Shown one piece after another: positions 40,065-51,520 of a stretch of DNA of 64,000 nt. Source of the stretch: Lentisphaerae bacterium RIFOXYC12_FULL_60_16 (GTDB lineage: Bacteria > Verrucomicrobiota > Kiritimatiellia > UBA8416 > YA12-FULL-60-10); the NCBI GenBank assembly GCA_001803315.1, contig MHBQ01000151.1, positions 13,063 to 77,062 on the forward strand. Reading direction: 5' to 3'. Numbering within the stretch: position 1 is the stretch's first letter; every line of letters starts with the position of its first letter. Both the position numbers and the translations under genes were made by a program. Under the pieces are notes generated by a model that searched no databases, was not told the origin of the DNA, and was given only the letters and a program-made list of their open reading frames with translations.

Positions 40065-40562
40065 TCACTCCGCAGACCGGACCATGCCACGCATCGCCCG
40101 GATCTCCTGCTCTGATCTCAATTGCCTTAACGCATCAAATGTCGCCCGAACGACATTCAGCCGATTACTGCTTCCCAACGACTTGCCCAGAACATCACGT
40201 ATCCCGGAAGCCTCGAGAACCGCCCGCATCCCTCCCCCGGCGATAACACCCGTCCCCGGAGACGCCGGACGCAGAAGGATCCGTCCACCATCATGTTGCC
40301 CGGTAACATCATGCGGAATCGTACGATCCTTCATGACGACGCGCACCATGGATTTTCGCGCCATCTCCCCGCCCTTACGAATGGCATCCGCCACTTCATT
40401 GGCCTTGCCGAATCCACACCCCACCGACCCGTTCCGGTCCCCGACTACGACAACCGCGCTGAAACTGAAACGACGGCCACCCTTGACAACCTTGGAACAA
40501 CGGTTGACAAAAACAACCCGTTCCTCGAATTCAGACTGGGAAGTTCTATCATCCACGATCAC
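40065..40562 (-). CDS. rpsE: 30S ribosomal protein S5
   Basis: [27 protein letters not shown]. The GTG start overlaps the rplR stop. Confidence 0.96.
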   Translation of the reverse strand: MIVDDRTSQSEFEERVVFVNRCSKVVKGGRRFSFSAVVVVGDRNGSVGCGFGKANEVADAIRKGGEMARKSMVRVVMKDRTIPHDVTGQHDGGRILLRPASPGTGVIAGGGMRAVLEASGIRDVLGKSLGSSNRLNVVRATFDALRQLRSEQEIRAMRGMVRSAE

Positions 40563-40924
40563 GTCTCCTTGTTCGAACCGGCACCAATACCCGCCGCACG
40601 CAAGGCTTCTACAATCGCCTTGAGCCGTCCGTGATACTTGAATCCACCACGATCCACAACAAAATCCTGTATACCCTTGGCACGAGCCGCATCAGCCGCA
40701 CACTTCCCCAAGGCAACAGCCCCGGCGACATTGTGCCCCTTATCCTGGGTACCCGTCGATGCCGCTGCCAGCGTGACGCCGGCAACATCATCGATGAATT
40801 GCACATACATTTGCCGATTGGACAAAAATATGGAAAGCCGCGGTCGTGCCTCCGTACCATTGACACGTTTCCGTATGCGGTAGTGGCGGATGACCCGCCG
40901 TTCATATTTACCCCTGCCACTCAT
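40559..40924 (-). CDS. rplR: 50S ribosomal protein L18
   Basis: [43 protein letters not shown]. Confidence 0.96.
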   Translation of the reverse strand: MSGRGKYERRVIRHYRIRKRVNGTEARPRLSIFLSNRQMYVQFIDDVAGVTLAAASTGTQDKGHNVAGAVALGKCAADAARAKGIQDFVVDRGGFKYHGRLKAIVEALRAAGIGAGSNKET

Positions 40925-40938
40925 ACTTTCCGTCCCCC

Positions 40939-41475
40939 TTACGCCACCGTCTTGCCGACCTTACGACGGACATGTTCGCCCTTGTACCGGACCCCTTTGC
41001 CTTTGTAGGGCTCGGCAGGTGCAAAGGCGCGAATCCGCGCGGCAACATTACCAACCAACTGCTTGTCCATACCACTGATCGATATGGCGGTCCCACCATC
41101 AACCTTGGCCTTTATTCCGGCTGGAATTTTATAAACCACCGGTGCAGAGAAACCAAGCGACAAGGTCATCACCGCTCCCTGCAAGGAAGCCTTGAACCCA
41201 ACGCCCTGTATCTCAAGTTCCTTCTGGTACCCCTGCACGACCCCCTGGATCATGTTTGCAAGGATCGTCCGTGCAAGCCCATGGCATCCCTTTTGCCGCA
41301 TGGAATCGTCAGCCCGACGCACGCTCACAATATTACCCTGAACGTCCATCGAAATTCCATCCGGCAATTTAAAATCCAGGGCGCCTTGCGTCCCCTTGAC
41401 CGTAATCTGGCCATCGTTAACCGTTACCGTTACCCCATTCGGGATCGTAACGGGATTTTTGCCTATTCTCGACAT
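40939..41475 (-). CDS. rplF: 50S ribosomal protein L6
   Basis: MSRIGKNPVTIPNGVTVTV, EPYKGKGVRY. Confidence 0.96.
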   Translation of the reverse strand: MSRIGKNPVTIPNGVTVTVNDGQITVKGTQGALDFKLPDGISMDVQGNIVSVRRADDSMRQKGCHGLARTILANMIQGVVQGYQKELEIQGVGFKASLQGAVMTLSLGFSAPVVYKIPAGIKAKVDGGTAISISGMDKQLVGNVAARIRAFAPAEPYKGKGVRYKGEHVRRKVGKTVA

Positions 41476-41484
41476 GCCGACACC

Positions 41485-41880
41485 TCACCACACCTTGCAA
41501 ATCACTTCACCGCCAACATTCTGCTGACGGGCTTCCTGATCCGTCAGCATCCCCTTGGATGTATTGAGAATGGCCAAACCCATGCCACCCAGCACCTTTG
41601 GGATCCGATCCACAACCACATACCGCCTCACACCCGGCTTGCTGGTCCGTTGAACGCCCCGTACGCACGGTTGGCCGTCCACGCTGTACCGTAACGCTAC
41701 CCGGAGGATGCGTTTTCCTTCCGCTTCAACCGAAACCTTTTCCACATATCCCTCACGCTTCAAAATGGCCAGTATTTGGGCCTTGATGCGCGAATGTGGT
41801 ATCGCCACGGTTGCTTGCTTTGCACCATATCCATTACGGATACGCGTTAACATGTCTGCAATTGGATCTGACCAACTCAT
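41485..41880 (-). CDS. rpsH: 30S ribosomal protein S8
   Basis: MSWSDPIADMLTRIRNG (ATG at 41880). Confidence 0.96.
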   Translation of the reverse strand: MSWSDPIADMLTRIRNGYGAKQATVAIPHSRIKAQILAILKREGYVEKVSVEAEGKRILRVALRYSVDGQPCVRGVQRTSKPGVRRYVVVDRIPKVLGGMGLAILNTSKGMLTDQEARQQNVGGEVICKVW

Positions 41881-41894
41881 ATTGGCTCCTGCCC

Positions 41895-42080
41895 CTACCA
41901 GCTTGCCTTGACAACACCCGGGATCATGCCACTGAGCGCAAGTTCCCGGAAACAGATTCGACACAGTTTGAACTTCTTTAACACCGAACGCGGCCTTCCG
42001 CACCGCTGACACCGCGTATATCTCCGAACTTTGAATTTCGGCTCTCGTTCCGCCTTGATCATCAACGACAACTTGGCCAC
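41895..42080 (-). CDS. rpsN: 30S ribosomal protein S14, short zinc-binding (type Z) form
   Basis: 61 aa, CQRCGRP...CRIC, ends KASW. GTG start. Confidence 0.95.
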   Translation of the reverse strand: MAKLSLMIKAEREPKFKVRRYTRCQRCGRPRSVLKKFKLCRICFRELALSGMIPGVVKASW

Positions 42081-42095
42081 ATCCGCCTCCTTGTA

Positions 42096-42632
42096 CTACC
42101 GGCTCGCAAACGGCATCCCGAGCAGCTGCAACAATGCACGGGCCTCATCACTGCCACCCGCAGTGGTTACTACGGTAATGTCCATCCCCTGCACGGTCGT
42201 TACATTGTTGGGGTCAATCTCAGGGAAAATGGTCTGATCCTTGAGCCCCAGCGTGTAATTTCCCCGCCCGTCAAACGCATTACGCGACACCCCGCGAAAG
42301 TCACGAATGCGCGGCAACGCAACACTGAAAAGACGATCCAGGAATTCATACATCCGCGCACCGCGCAAGGTGACCTTGGCGCCAATGCTCATCCCTTCAC
42401 GCAACTTGAAATTGGCAATGCTCTTGCGGGCACGGGTAACCACGGGCCGTTGACCGGCAATGGCCGCCAGTTCCTCCGCTCGGGTTTTCAGGGCATCTTT
42501 ATCAACAATGCCGATCCCCATGTTCAAAACCACCTTGGTGACCCGCGGCACCCGCATCGGGTTACCGATGTTGAATTCCTTCATCAACGCAGGCACCACC
42601 ACCTGTTTATATTTATCTTGCAACCTGGACAT
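42096..42632 (-). CDS. rplE: 50S ribosomal protein L5
   Basis: [20 protein letters not shown] (ATG at 42632; the track start at 42644 is TTG). Confidence 0.96.
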   Translation of the reverse strand: MSRLQDKYKQVVVPALMKEFNIGNPMRVPRVTKVVLNMGIGIVDKDALKTRAEELAAIAGQRPVVTRARKSIANFKLREGMSIGAKVTLRGARMYEFLDRLFSVALPRIRDFRGVSRNAFDGRGNYTLGLKDQTIFPEIDPNNVTTVQGMDITVVTTAGGSDEARALLQLLGMPFASR

Positions 42633-42640
42633 ACCCAACC

Positions 42641-42961
42641 TCAATTGTCAAATGCGTGACCGCACCGGCGACATTTCCGAATTTGTTTCTGCCCCTCTTT
42701 AACACACCGGATCCGCACGCCCTTCTTGTCTTCGGGGCAATACAGCAATAACTTCGACATCGAAAGCGATGCCTCTTTTTTCGCAAAACCACCCTGTGGA
42801 TTATCCTGTGTCTTGCGTTGGGCTTTCGTCAACAGACGAATTCCTTCCACAATGGCACGACCACGGGTCGGCATTACCTGCAAGACTTTTCCCGTCTTGC
42901 CCTTGTCGGTGCCACTGATAACGCACACGACATCGTCTTTACGTATCCTTGCTCTCTGCAC
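42641..42961 (-). CDS. rplX: 50S ribosomal protein L24 (Cys-containing C-terminus)
   Basis: [24 protein letters not shown] motif. GTG start. Confidence 0.95.
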   Translation of the reverse strand: MQRARIRKDDVVCVISGTDKGKTGKVLQVMPTRGRAIVEGIRLLTKAQRKTQDNPQGGFAKKEASLSMSKLLLYCPEDKKGVRIRCVKEGQKQIRKCRRCGHAFDN

Positions 42962-42993
42962 GTTGCCGCCCCTCCTGAACAGGGCCGTATCCT

Positions 42994-43359
42994 CTATAGG
43001 ACTTCCGGCGCCAGCGAGATCACCTTCATGTAATTCATATCCCTCAGTTCCCGGGCCACCGGGCCGAAAATCCGGGATCCGATCGGACTCTTGGTTCCAT
43101 CCACCAACACCACCGCATTATTATCAAATCGGATATACGAACCATCCGGCCTGGCCATGCAACTGCCGGTCCGGACAACCAGGGCGTCGCAAACCTGCCC
43201 CTTCTTGACCATGCCGCCCGGCTGCGCTTCTTTGATCGAAACCTTGATGATATCACCGATCCGGGCATACCGCTTCCGGTGCCCGAGAATGCGGAAACAA
43301 CAAGCCCGCCGTGCACCCGTATTATCCGCCACCACCACGTTTGTCTGTTCGCTGATCAT
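42994..43359 (-). CDS. rplN: 50S ribosomal protein L14
   Basis: [17 protein letters not shown]... Confidence 0.97.
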   Translation of the reverse strand: MISEQTNVVVADNTGARRACCFRILGHRKRYARIGDIIKVSIKEAQPGGMVKKGQVCDALVVRTGSCMARPDGSYIRFDNNAVVLVDGTKSPIGSRIFGPVARELRDMNYMKVISLAPEVL

Positions 43360-43381
43360 CCGAAACCTCTACCTGCTGAAA

Positions 43382-43663
43382 TTACACCGTCTGTTTCGAG
43401 GCACCCAGCCGCTCCACCAGGCGCCACCGTTTCGTCCGACTCAACGGACGCGTTTCCACAATCCGCACCATGTCGCCAACCTGCGCCTCATCGCTTTCAT
43501 CATGAACGTGAAATTTCCGCGTCTCCCTGATGACTTTCCCGTAGACGGGATGCACCCGCCGGCGCTCGGTCATCACCACGATGCTCTTGCGACCGCTCTT
43601 GCTGACAACCTGACCCTGCCGCGTCTTACGGACGCCGCGTTCTAGTTTTACCGTTTCAACCAT
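43382..43663 (-). CDS. rpsQ: 30S ribosomal protein S17
   Basis: [14 protein letters not shown]...HPVYGK...HVHDE. Confidence 0.96.
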   Translation of the reverse strand: MVETVKLERGVRKTRQGQVVSKSGRKSIVVMTERRRVHPVYGKVIRETRKFHVHDESDEAQVGDMVRIVETRPLSRTKRWRLVERLGASKQTV

Positions 43664-43859
43664 GGCCCTTCAACTCCCGTTCACGAATTACGGTATGGAT
43701 CCGTGCTAGATCCCGACGCAGGGTCCGGATCCGCAAGGGTTGCTCGGACGAATCACCCATCGTCCGCTTGACCCGAATCGCCGCCAATTGCCCCTGCGTC
43801 TCACGCAGAACCTGCTGCAACTCCGCATCTGTCTGTTCACGGTACTGTGCCGATTTCAT
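43656..43859 (-). CDS. rpmC: 50S ribosomal protein L29
   Basis: 67 aa, ELQQVLRE...LRRDLARI, between rplP and rpsQ. Confidence 0.93.
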   Translation of the reverse strand: MKSAQYREQTDAELQQVLRETQGQLAAIRVKRTMGDSSEQPLRIRTLRRDLARIHTVIRERELKGHG

Positions 43860-43894
43860 CCGTCATCCACCCCGGGCAACCCGGATCCACGCAT

Positions 43895-44314
43895 CTACCC
43901 GCGCGTTCCTCGAGTCACCAGCTTAGTCTTCAATCCAAGTTTGGCTGCTGCCAGTCGAAGGCATTCACGTGCCGTCACCTCGTTGATGCCGCCAACCTCA
44001 AACAACATGGTGCCGGGCTTGACCACCGCCACCCAATACTCCGGATTCCCCTTGCCTTTTCCCATGCGCGTTTCAATGGGCTTCTTGCTGACCGGCTTGT
44101 CAGGAAAAATCCGAATCCATAACTTCCCCTTGCGCTTCATTTGCCGGTTAACCACCACACGGCACGCCTCAATCTGGAGATTTTTTATCCAACCGCGATC
44201 CAACGATTGCAAACCATACTCACCAAACGCCAGCGAGGTACAGGCCGTGGCGAACCCTTTTCGAGACCGTCGCTGTTGCTTGCGATACTTGACCCGCTTA
44301 GGCATTAACGGCAT
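43895..44314 (-). CDS. rplP: 50S ribosomal protein L16
   Basis: [23 protein letters not shown]. Start is ATG 44314 or 44305. Confidence 0.96.
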   Translation of the reverse strand: MPLMPKRVKYRKQQRRSRKGFATACTSLAFGEYGLQSLDRGWIKNLQIEACRVVVNRQMKRKGKLWIRIFPDKPVSKKPIETRMGKGKGNPEYWVAVVKPGTMLFEVGGINEVTARECLRLAAAKLGLKTKLVTRGTRG

Positions 44315-44975
44315 GGCTGGACCTCCTTCCTCTCATGGCTGGTCGACCCGGCAAATCCTTCGACTTACAGATCCACACCTTGATGCCAATACGACCGGCC
44401 GTTGTGGCTGATTCGGCAAACCCGTAATCGATGGGGGCCCGCAACGTCTGTAAGGGAACACGCCCCTCCTTGTACCATTCCATGCGCGCCAACTCGGATC
44501 CTCCCAACCGGCCGGTGGCCCGGATCCGTATCCCGTCCACGCCCATATCCATCGCGATCTTCATCGCCCGTTTCATGGCACGCTTGAATGAGACCCGACG
44601 GGTCAACTGCAGGGCAATATTCTCCGCCACCAATTGCGCATCCACGTCCGGATCACGAACTTCTTGAATCTCAAGGTAAACTTCCTTGTTCGTCAATTTT
44701 GAAAGCTCCGTCCGAACCCGTTCAAGATCCTGCCCTTTTCGTCCAATCACGATGCCCGGGCGCGCCGTCCATATGCTGACCCGTACACGCGCACCCGAAC
44801 GCTCGATAAGGATTCGAGAAACCCCGGCACTCTCGAGACGTCGCTTAACGATATCCCGGATCTTCATATCCTCATTCAACAGTGAACCGAATTGCTTCTT
44901 GTTGCTAAACCAGCGCGAACGCCAGTCGTGGTTCACCGCCACTCTTAAACCTACCGGATTAACCTTTTGTCCCAA
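44298..44975 (-). CDS. rpsC: 30S ribosomal protein S3
   Basis: (TTG)[12 protein letters not shown] domain, [10 protein letters not shown]. Confidence 0.96.
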   Translation of the reverse strand: MGQKVNPVGLRVAVNHDWRSRWFSNKKQFGSLLNEDMKIRDIVKRRLESAGVSRILIERSGARVRVSIWTARPGIVIGRKGQDLERVRTELSKLTNKEVYLEIQEVRDPDVDAQLVAENIALQLTRRVSFKRAMKRAMKIAMDMGVDGIRIRATGRLGGSELARMEWYKEGRVPLQTLRAPIDYGFAESATTAGRIGIKVWICKSKDLPGRPAMRGRRSSHAVNA

Positions 44976-44993
44976 GGTTGTTCTCCTTCCTAC

Positions 44994-45341
44994 CTACGAA
45001 ACCTGTTCCCGACCATCCGTCACCACAATCCGAATGTGGCACATACGCCGGCGTATCGGACTGACACTTCCCCGCGCCCGGGACCAGTGTCGCTTCAGCC
45101 GTGGACCTTCTTCAACCACCGCCTGCTTGACGATCAGGTCCGACGCATCCAGCTTTGCATTCTCCCGGGCATTCGCTATGGCGGATCGTAACGTTTTACC
45201 AAGCTGCAGGGCAGCCTTCCGGTTACTGAACTCGGTCACCCGTAACGCATCCGCAACCCGCATCCCCGGAAGACGCCGCACCATGTCCCGCGCTTTCAAC
45301 GGCGACAACCTAACAAACCGCGTTCTTGCTGTCACATCCAT
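44994..45341 (-). CDS. rplV: 50S ribosomal protein L22
   Basis: RFVRLSPLKARDMV..., operon position. Confidence 0.95.
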   Translation of the reverse strand: MDVTARTRFVRLSPLKARDMVRRLPGMRVADALRVTEFSNRKAALQLGKTLRSAIANARENAKLDASDLIVKQAVVEEGPRLKRHWSRARGSVSPIRRRMCHIRIVVTDGREQVS

Positions 45342-45356
45342 ACCAAGCCCCCGCTC

Positions 45357-45641
45357 CTACTTCAGCGCTATGCTCTTATCGGTAGCCGCACCATGCTTGC
45401 GGAATATCCGGGTGGGAGCGAATTCCCCCAACCGGTGCCCGACCATGTTTTCTGTAATGAAAATCGATATATGCTGCTTTCCGTTGTGGATCGCCATGGT
45501 GTGCCCGACAAAATCCGGTACGATCATGGAACGTCGCGACCAGGTCTTGATCGGCCGCTTCTCGCCGGACCGGTTCATCCGCTCAACTTTTGCCAGCAAT
45601 TTGGGTTCGACAAAGAACCCTTTCTTAATGGAACGTGCCAT
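45357..45641 (-). CDS. rpsS: 30S ribosomal protein S19
   Basis: [30 protein letters not shown]. Confidence 0.97.
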   Translation of the reverse strand: MARSIKKGFFVEPKLLAKVERMNRSGEKRPIKTWSRRSMIVPDFVGHTMAIHNGKQHISIFITENMVGHRLGEFAPTRIFRKHGAATDKSIALK

Positions 45642-45644
45642 AGC

Positions 45645-46469
45645 TTACTTTCTCCGCTTCACGATGAAACGCCCGGACGGTTTGCGCTTCTGCCGGGTCT
45701 TCCCCCCCTTGGACAATGCACCCCAGGGTGAACGGGGATGCCCCCCACCCGAAGAACGGCCTTCGCCTCCGCCCATGGGATGATCCACCGGATTCATCGC
45801 CACACCACGTACGGTCGGACGTATACCCCGCCACCGCTTCCTGCCTGCCTTACCAAGACTCACACTCGAATGCTCGGCATTCCCAATCTGGCCGATCGTG
45901 GCCATGCATTTGACATGAATGCGACGGATCTCACCCGAAGGCAACCGGACCTGGGCCCGGTCACCTTCACGCGACATCAACTGCGCCCCACCACCGGCGG
46001 TCCGAACCAACTGACCGCCACGACCGGGTTCCACTTCAATGTTATGAATCATCAATCCCATCGGTATCCGTTCCAGCGGCAAGGCATTGCCGACAAGGGG
46101 TTCAAAATCAGCTCCGGACCCGATCCGCTGTCCAACCGCCAACCCCTGCGGGGCCAGGATGTAACGCTTCTCACCATCCACGTAGTGTAACAACGCAATC
46201 AAGGATGAACGGTTGGGATCATATTCGATGGTCGCAACCCGGGCCGGTATCCCCAGCTTGTCACGTTTAAAATCAATGATCCGATATTTGCGCGCATGCC
46301 CGCCGCCGCGATGCCGAACCGTGATACGACCGGCCGAATTACGTCCCGATGAACGCTTCCGGGCCAACACCAACGACCGTTCCGGCTTCTGGGCCGTAAC
46401 TTCATCACGCGTCAACATCGAGGCAAATCGTGTCCCCGGCGTGGTTGGCTTATGTTTCCTCAATCCCAT
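45645..46469 (-). CDS. rplB: 50S ribosomal protein L2
   Basis: [31 protein letters not shown]. Confidence 0.97.
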   Translation of the reverse strand: MGLRKHKPTTPGTRFASMLTRDEVTAQKPERSLVLARKRSSGRNSAGRITVRHRGGGHARKYRIIDFKRDKLGIPARVATIEYDPNRSSLIALLHYVDGEKRYILAPQGLAVGQRIGSGADFEPLVGNALPLERIPMGLMIHNIEVEPGRGGQLVRTAGGGAQLMSREGDRAQVRLPSGEIRRIHVKCMATIGQIGNAEHSSVSLGKAGRKRWRGIRPTVRGVAMNPVDHPMGGGEGRSSGGGHPRSPWGALSKGGKTRQKRKPSGRFIVKRRK

Positions 46470-46498
46470 GGCTGTCCCTTCCCCTCACACCTTCCGCA

Positions 46499-46783
46499 TC
46501 AACCCAATTCTATCTTTTCACCCGCCTTGAGCGTTACCACGGCCCGCTTCCAATCCGGTCGGCGACCGAATTGTGCCCGTCGGCTGCGCTTGGGCTTGCC
46601 CAGATATCGCATCGTGTTGACCTTCAGCACGGAAACCTTGAACATAGCCTGGACAGCTTGTTTGATTTCAACCTTATTGGCAACCGGATCCACCTGCACC
46701 AGATATTGATTGTGCCGGCCGGTTAATGCCGTGCCTTTTTCCGTCACTTGAACCCGCTTGATGATGGATGCTGAATTCTTCAT
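46499..46783 (-). CDS. rplW: 50S ribosomal protein L23
   Basis: 94 aa, VDPVANKVEIKQAV..., ATGA overlap with rplD. Confidence 0.94.
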   Translation of the reverse strand: MKNSASIIKRVQVTEKGTALTGRHNQYLVQVDPVANKVEIKQAVQAMFKVSVLKVNTMRYLGKPKRSRRAQFGRRPDWKRAVVTLKAGEKIELG

Positions 46784-47424
46784 GCCACCGCTCCGGACTT
46801 GCCGATCAACCGACCCTTAACCAATTCCATTGCCGCACGCGACAGGACTATGACCGGGAATCGCACGAGTTGATATACACTCACCTCCCGCGCCGACACC
46901 AGTTCAACTCCCGGGACATTCCGGACCGCCAGTAATAGATTACGATCCATTTTGTCTGAAATAAACAACGCGGCACCGTCAATCCCAAGCGCCTGCTTGA
47001 AGGCAACAAAGGACCGGGTCTTCGCATCCGGAATCATGATCGATTCAACGATCTTCACCGCATCGGCATCCACCTTGTCGGTGAAGGCTCGGCGAAACGC
47101 CAACCGGGAAACCTTCTTGTTCAAACGTCCGCCATACGCCCGGGGATGCGGACCAAACGCCACACCGCCACCACGCCACACCGGCGACTGACGCAAACCA
47201 GCCCTGGCGCGACCGGTTCCTTTTTGTTTCCACGGCTTCTTGTTGGAACCAGCCACTTCCCCCTTGCGCAAGGTGGAGGCCGTTCCAGCCCGGACCACCG
47301 CCCGGCTGTTGATTACAACATCCCGTACCGCCTGGCTACCCCGGGCATGTTCCAGACATTCCGCCGGAACCTCATATTCACCGGCCGGTTTTCCCGCCAC
47401 ATCCACAACCTTCAACTTGCTCAT
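46780..47424 (-). CDS. rplD: 50S ribosomal protein L4
   Basis: KPWKQKGTGRARAG, WRGGGVAFGP. Confidence 0.96.
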   Translation of the reverse strand: MSKLKVVDVAGKPAGEYEVPAECLEHARGSQAVRDVVINSRAVVRAGTASTLRKGEVAGSNKKPWKQKGTGRARAGLRQSPVWRGGGVAFGPHPRAYGGRLNKKVSRLAFRRAFTDKVDADAVKIVESIMIPDAKTRSFVAFKQALGIDGAALFISDKMDRNLLLAVRNVPGVELVSAREVSVYQLVRFPVIVLSRAAMELVKGRLIGKSGAVA

Positions 47425-48068
47425 GACGCCTTCCCGGTTTTCTTGAGTGCCTTACGCAGGGTGACTACCGCTCCGGTCGGACCCGGCACAGCACCTTCCA
47501 GCAAAATCAAGTTTGCATCCGGACGGACCTCCACCACGCGAAGACTTTGCATGGTCGCCCGGACATTGCCCATGTGCCCCGGCATGCGATGTCCCGGCAT
47601 CACGCGGGCTTCCCACGTATTGGCTCCAATTGATCCAACCCGCCGCTTGGAATGCCCACCGTGCGTCATCGGCCCACCACTCATTCCGTGCCGCTTGACG
47701 ACCCCCTGAAAGCCGCGGCCCTTGGTCGTCCCCGTCACATCCACATGGCTCAACGTTGCCAGTACATCCACCGTCACGGTGGCACCAACGGCCAGTTCAT
47801 CACCGGCATCAACCGGGAACTCAACCATCACGCGGCGAGGGGTGACCTTCGCCTTGGCAAATCGGGCGCGGGACGGTTTGGCCACACGCTTTTCACGCAC
47901 TTCGTCAAAACCCAACTGAACCGCATCATATCCATCCACCGCACAACTTTTGCGTTGGATTACGACACAAGGGCCCGCCTCTATCACGGTAACCGCTACC
48001 CGGCGGCCCTTGGCGTCATACACCTGTGTCATTCCCAGCTTGCGTCCTATCAATCCTTGCATGGCCAT
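47421..48068 (-). CDS. rplC: 50S ribosomal protein L3
   Basis: GLIGRKLGMTQV, TKGRGFQGVVKRH. ATG at 48068 or 48062 (track start GTG 48071). Confidence 0.96.
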   Translation of the reverse strand: MAMQGLIGRKLGMTQVYDAKGRRVAVTVIEAGPCVVIQRKSCAVDGYDAVQLGFDEVREKRVAKPSRARFAKAKVTPRRVMVEFPVDAGDELAVGATVTVDVLATLSHVDVTGTTKGRGFQGVVKRHGMSGGPMTHGGHSKRRVGSIGANTWEARVMPGHRMPGHMGNVRATMQSLRVVEVRPDANLILLEGAVPGPTGAVVTLRKALKKTGKAS

Positions 48069-48071
48069 CAC

Positions 48072-48380
48072 TCAAATCTTAATGGTTATGTCAACACCCG
48101 CCGGCAGGTTGAGCTTTTTGAGCTCATCCACCGTCTTTGCCGTCGGCTCCACGATGTCCAGCAACCGTTTATGGGTCCGGATCTCAAACTGATCCATCGA
48201 CTTTTTATCCGCATGCGGACTGCGGTTTACGGTATACCGTTCGATGCGCGTCGGCAACGGGATCGGACCCACCACGTTCGCACCCGTGCTGCGCGCCGTT
48301 TCAATAATGTCTTTCACAGCCTGATCCAACACCTTGTGATCATAGGCCTGAAGACGAATTCTGATGCGTTGGCCTTCCAT
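48072..48380 (-). CDS. rpsJ: 30S ribosomal protein S10
   Basis: [15 protein letters not shown] (ATG at 48380), GPIPLPT, ends DITIKI. Confidence 0.96.
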   Translation of the reverse strand: MEGQRIRIRLQAYDHKVLDQAVKDIIETARSTGANVVGPIPLPTRIERYTVNRSPHADKKSMDQFEIRTHKRLLDIVEPTAKTVDELKKLNLPAGVDITIKI

Positions 48381-48387
48381 GCTCGCG

Positions 48388-50523
48388 TCACCTGTTAAGT
48401 AAATGTTCTCTGATCGTCTTCGGAACAATCTCGAACTGTTCCGGTTCCATCGTATAGCTCGCACGCCCCCGACTCACCGAGCGAACGGCCGTTGCATACC
48501 CCACGAGTTGGGCCAACGGAACGGACGCACGGATAACCCGCACATCGCCCTTTGACTTCAATTCGCGTACTTTCCCCCTGCGGCTGTTGAGGTCACCCAA
48601 AACTTCACCCATATGTTCTTCGGGTGTCAGGATCTCAACGGCCATGAGAGGTTCGAGAAATTCCGGCTGTGCAGCAACCACCGAATCACGGAAAGCCATG
48701 ATCGCCGCCGTCCTGAAGGCGACCGGTGTCGAATAATCAGGATCATAGCTTCCACCCGTCACACACACATCAAGGTCGGTCATCGGATACCGGGCCAGAA
48801 CTCCCGTCAGAATACCATCCTGCAACCCCGACTCAATCGCTTCACGACAGTCAACGGGCAACTGGTTCAATCCGGAACCCAGGGTGATCGAGTTGCCCGC
48901 CCCACGCCGGGCTGGCGCAACATTCAGGACAACATGTGCCACTTGACGCTTGCCACCCAGATCCCTGTCGAACCGATGCTCGGCACTCCCAGGGGCCGTC
49001 ACCGTTTCATAATAGGCAACCATCGGATTACCCGTCACGGCTTCTACCCCGAATTCCCGAATCAGGCGATCCTTCAGGATCTCCAGATGAAGTTCGCCCA
49101 TGCCGCTCAAAATCGTCTGTCCGGTCTCTGTATCGGTCCGGATCGTACAGGTCGGGTCCTCAACCGACAACGCCTGCAACGCCGCGGCCAACTTGTCCCG
49201 GTCGGCACGCGTCCTCGGCTCAACCGCCATGAACATCACCGGCTCCGGCAGCTGCAATCGATTCAATTCAACCGGTGAATTCTCTGCACAGAACGTGTCA
49301 CCGGTCGTTACCTGCTTCAATCCACCGAAAGCGCCTATCTCACCGGAATACAGCGCATCAACCTCAACCCGGTCATCCGCATGCAACTGGAAAATGCGCA
49401 TGACACGATCACGTTTTCGGGTTCGGGGGTTAAAGACATTCTGCCCTTTGCGAATCTTGCCGGAATATACCCGGACATAGCAAACGCTGCCGACAAACGG
49501 ATCGGTGGCCAACTTGAATGCCAACGCAGCCAGGGGACCATTGTCATCCGCCGAACGCTCAACCGCCTCACCAGTCTTCGGATGGACCCCCCGGGCAGGC
49601 GTCACATCAAGCGGGGAGGGAAGATAGTCAACAACGGCATCCAACACACACTGGACCCCCTGATTATGCAATGCTGACCCGCACAGAACCGGAACCATCT
49701 GGTGCTTTACCGTCAGACGACGGATCCCCGTACGCAGGACACCCGCCGGCACATCCACACGGTTCAGGTACGACTCAAGAACCGTTTCATCCTTCTCCGC
49801 CACCTGTTCAACCAGATAGGCTCTGGCCTTTTCGGCTTGAGCAGCCCATTCGGACGGAACGGGTTCGTCGCTAACCGTCATACCCTTATCCTGATCACTA
49901 AAGGAACGCAGGCGCATCTCCAGCAGATCGATCACCCCTCGAAACGCATCTTCCTGCCCGGCTGGAATCTGAACCGGAACGGCACAGGCACCCAGACGGG
50001 ACCGCATTTCAGCTACCACGCCTTCAAAATTGGCCCCCAACCGATCCATCTTGTTGACAAATGCAATGCGGGGCACCTGATACCGGTCCGCCTGATGCCA
50101 GACGGTTTCAGATTGCGGCTGAACACCACCCACGGCACAGAACACGCCAACCACACCATCCAGCACCCTCAGGGAACGCTCAACCTCAATGGTAAAATCA
50201 ACATGCCCGGGCGTATCAATCAGATTGATCTGATAATCACGCCAGAAGCAAGTCGTGGCCGCACTGGTGATGGTTATCCCGCGTTCCTTTTCCTGGACCA
50301 TCCAATCCATGGTGGCCGTACCATCATGCACCTCTCCCATCCGGTGCACTCGTCCGGCATAAAACAGGATTCGTTCGCTGACGGTGGTCTTACCGGCATC
50401 AATGTGGGCAATGATCCCGATATTCCGGACCTGTTCGAGCGGTCGTGTGCGGGCTGGATCTTCCCGGTTAACACCTCCGGATTGGATCTGCCTATTCACT
50501 GTATATTCCACCACGTTGCCCAT
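48388..50523 (-). CDS. fusA: translation elongation factor G
   Basis: [26 protein letters not shown], five-domain length. About 20 aa of N-terminal extension relative to the usual MARxxP start. Confidence 0.97.
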   Translation of the reverse strand: MGNVVEYTVNRQIQSGGVNREDPARTRPLEQVRNIGIIAHIDAGKTTVSERILFYAGRVHRMGEVHDGTATMDWMVQEKERGITITSAATTCFWRDYQINLIDTPGHVDFTIEVERSLRVLDGVVGVFCAVGGVQPQSETVWHQADRYQVPRIAFVNKMDRLGANFEGVVAEMRSRLGACAVPVQIPAGQEDAFRGVIDLLEMRLRSFSDQDKGMTVSDEPVPSEWAAQAEKARAYLVEQVAEKDETVLESYLNRVDVPAGVLRTGIRRLTVKHQMVPVLCGSALHNQGVQCVLDAVVDYLPSPLDVTPARGVHPKTGEAVERSADDNGPLAALAFKLATDPFVGSVCYVRVYSGKIRKGQNVFNPRTRKRDRVMRIFQLHADDRVEVDALYSGEIGAFGGLKQVTTGDTFCAENSPVELNRLQLPEPVMFMAVEPRTRADRDKLAAALQALSVEDPTCTIRTDTETGQTILSGMGELHLEILKDRLIREFGVEAVTGNPMVAYYETVTAPGSAEHRFDRDLGGKRQVAHVVLNVAPARRGAGNSITLGSGLNQLPVDCREAIESGLQDGILTGVLARYPMTDLDVCVTGGSYDPDYSTPVAFRTAAIMAFRDSVVAAQPEFLEPLMAVEILTPEEHMGEVLGDLNSRRGKVRELKSKGDVRVIRASVPLAQLVGYATAVRSVSRGRASYTMEPEQFEIVPKTIREHLLNR

Positions 50524-50559
50524 GTCCGTCGGGAGCTGACTCCCGGCCCCTTCCCATCA

Positions 50560-51030
50560 TTACCACGCATAATGCGCAAAGGCCTTGTTCGCCTGCGCCA
50601 TCTTGTGCGTATCATCCCGCTTCTTGATCACGTTTCCTTGGTTCTTGAAAGCATCCAGCAATTCTGCAGCCATGGCATGATCCATGGACACGCCCTTGCG
50701 GGCCCCTGAAAACTGAACCAACCACCGCAAGGCCAATGCAAACTGTCGATCACGGCTGACTTCAACCGGCACTTGGTAGGTTGCACCACCGACCCGGCGG
50801 GATTTAACTTCAACCCGCGGCTTCATATTGTCGATGGCCCGCATCAGAACCTCGACCGGATCACCTTCTGACTTCTCGCGGACGACTTCGATGGCACGAT
50901 ACACCACGCGCTGTGCCGTGGCCTTCTTCCCACTGCGCATCACGCAGTTGATAATTCGGGTAACCAGTTCGCTGTTGTACTTCGGATCCGGCACAACCGC
51001 CCGTTTCTCAGATTTTCGCCGTCTTGCCAT
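50560..51030 (-). CDS. rpsG: 30S ribosomal protein S7
   Basis: MARRRKSEKR (ATG at 51030), ends AFAHYAW. Confidence 0.97.
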   Translation of the reverse strand: MARRRKSEKRAVVPDPKYNSELVTRIINCVMRSGKKATAQRVVYRAIEVVREKSEGDPVEVLMRAIDNMKPRVEVKSRRVGGATYQVPVEVSRDRQFALALRWLVQFSGARKGVSMDHAMAAELLDAFKNQGNVIKKRDDTHKMAQANKAFAHYAW

Positions 51031-51041
51031 ACTTACTCCCG

Positions 51042-51452
51042 TCAACCCTGCTTCTTCTGGCTGGCCTTTTTGACCCCATACTTACTGCGCGACACCTTGC
51101 GTTCCAGCTTGTTGGTGTTGCTGGGTCCGCTGGCGCCGACCGAATCCAACGATCCCCGCACAATATGGTAGCGGACACCAGGCAAATCCTTCACGCGCCC
51201 GCCCCGAACCAACACCACGCTATGTTCCTGCAAATTGTGACCTTCCCCCGGGATATAAGCCGTCACTTCATAACCCGTCGTCAAGCGAACCCGCGCAATC
51301 TTGCGCAAGGCGGAATTCGGTTTCTTTGGTGTCTGCGTCTTTACCACCAGACAAACACCGCGCCGCTGGGGACAACCCTGCAAGGCCGGTGATTTGGTCT
51401 TCACCATTATCGGCCGGCGTCCCTTGCGGACCAGTTGATTGATCGTTGGCAT
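51042..51452 (-). CDS. rpsL: 30S ribosomal protein S12
   Basis: [12 protein letters not shown] (ATG at 51452), [22 protein letters not shown]. Confidence 0.97.
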   Translation of the reverse strand: MPTINQLVRKGRRPIMVKTKSPALQGCPQRRGVCLVVKTQTPKKPNSALRKIARVRLTTGYEVTAYIPGEGHNLQEHSVVLVRGGRVKDLPGVRYHIVRGSLDSVGASGPSNTNKLERKVSRSKYGVKKASQKKQG

Positions 51453-51520
51453 ACTATTCACCTCTCCTAAACGCGCAAAAGGTAAGGACTCTATCGCACA
51501 ATACCGTTTCGCTTCAAGCG

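Noticed and set aside
48388-50523. EF-G appears to carry ~20 extra N-terminal residues before the canonical [14 protein letters not shown] segment.
   Set aside because: This is probably just start-site ambiguity, since in-frame GTG codons occur at 50514, 50511 and 50499. No functional claim can be supported.
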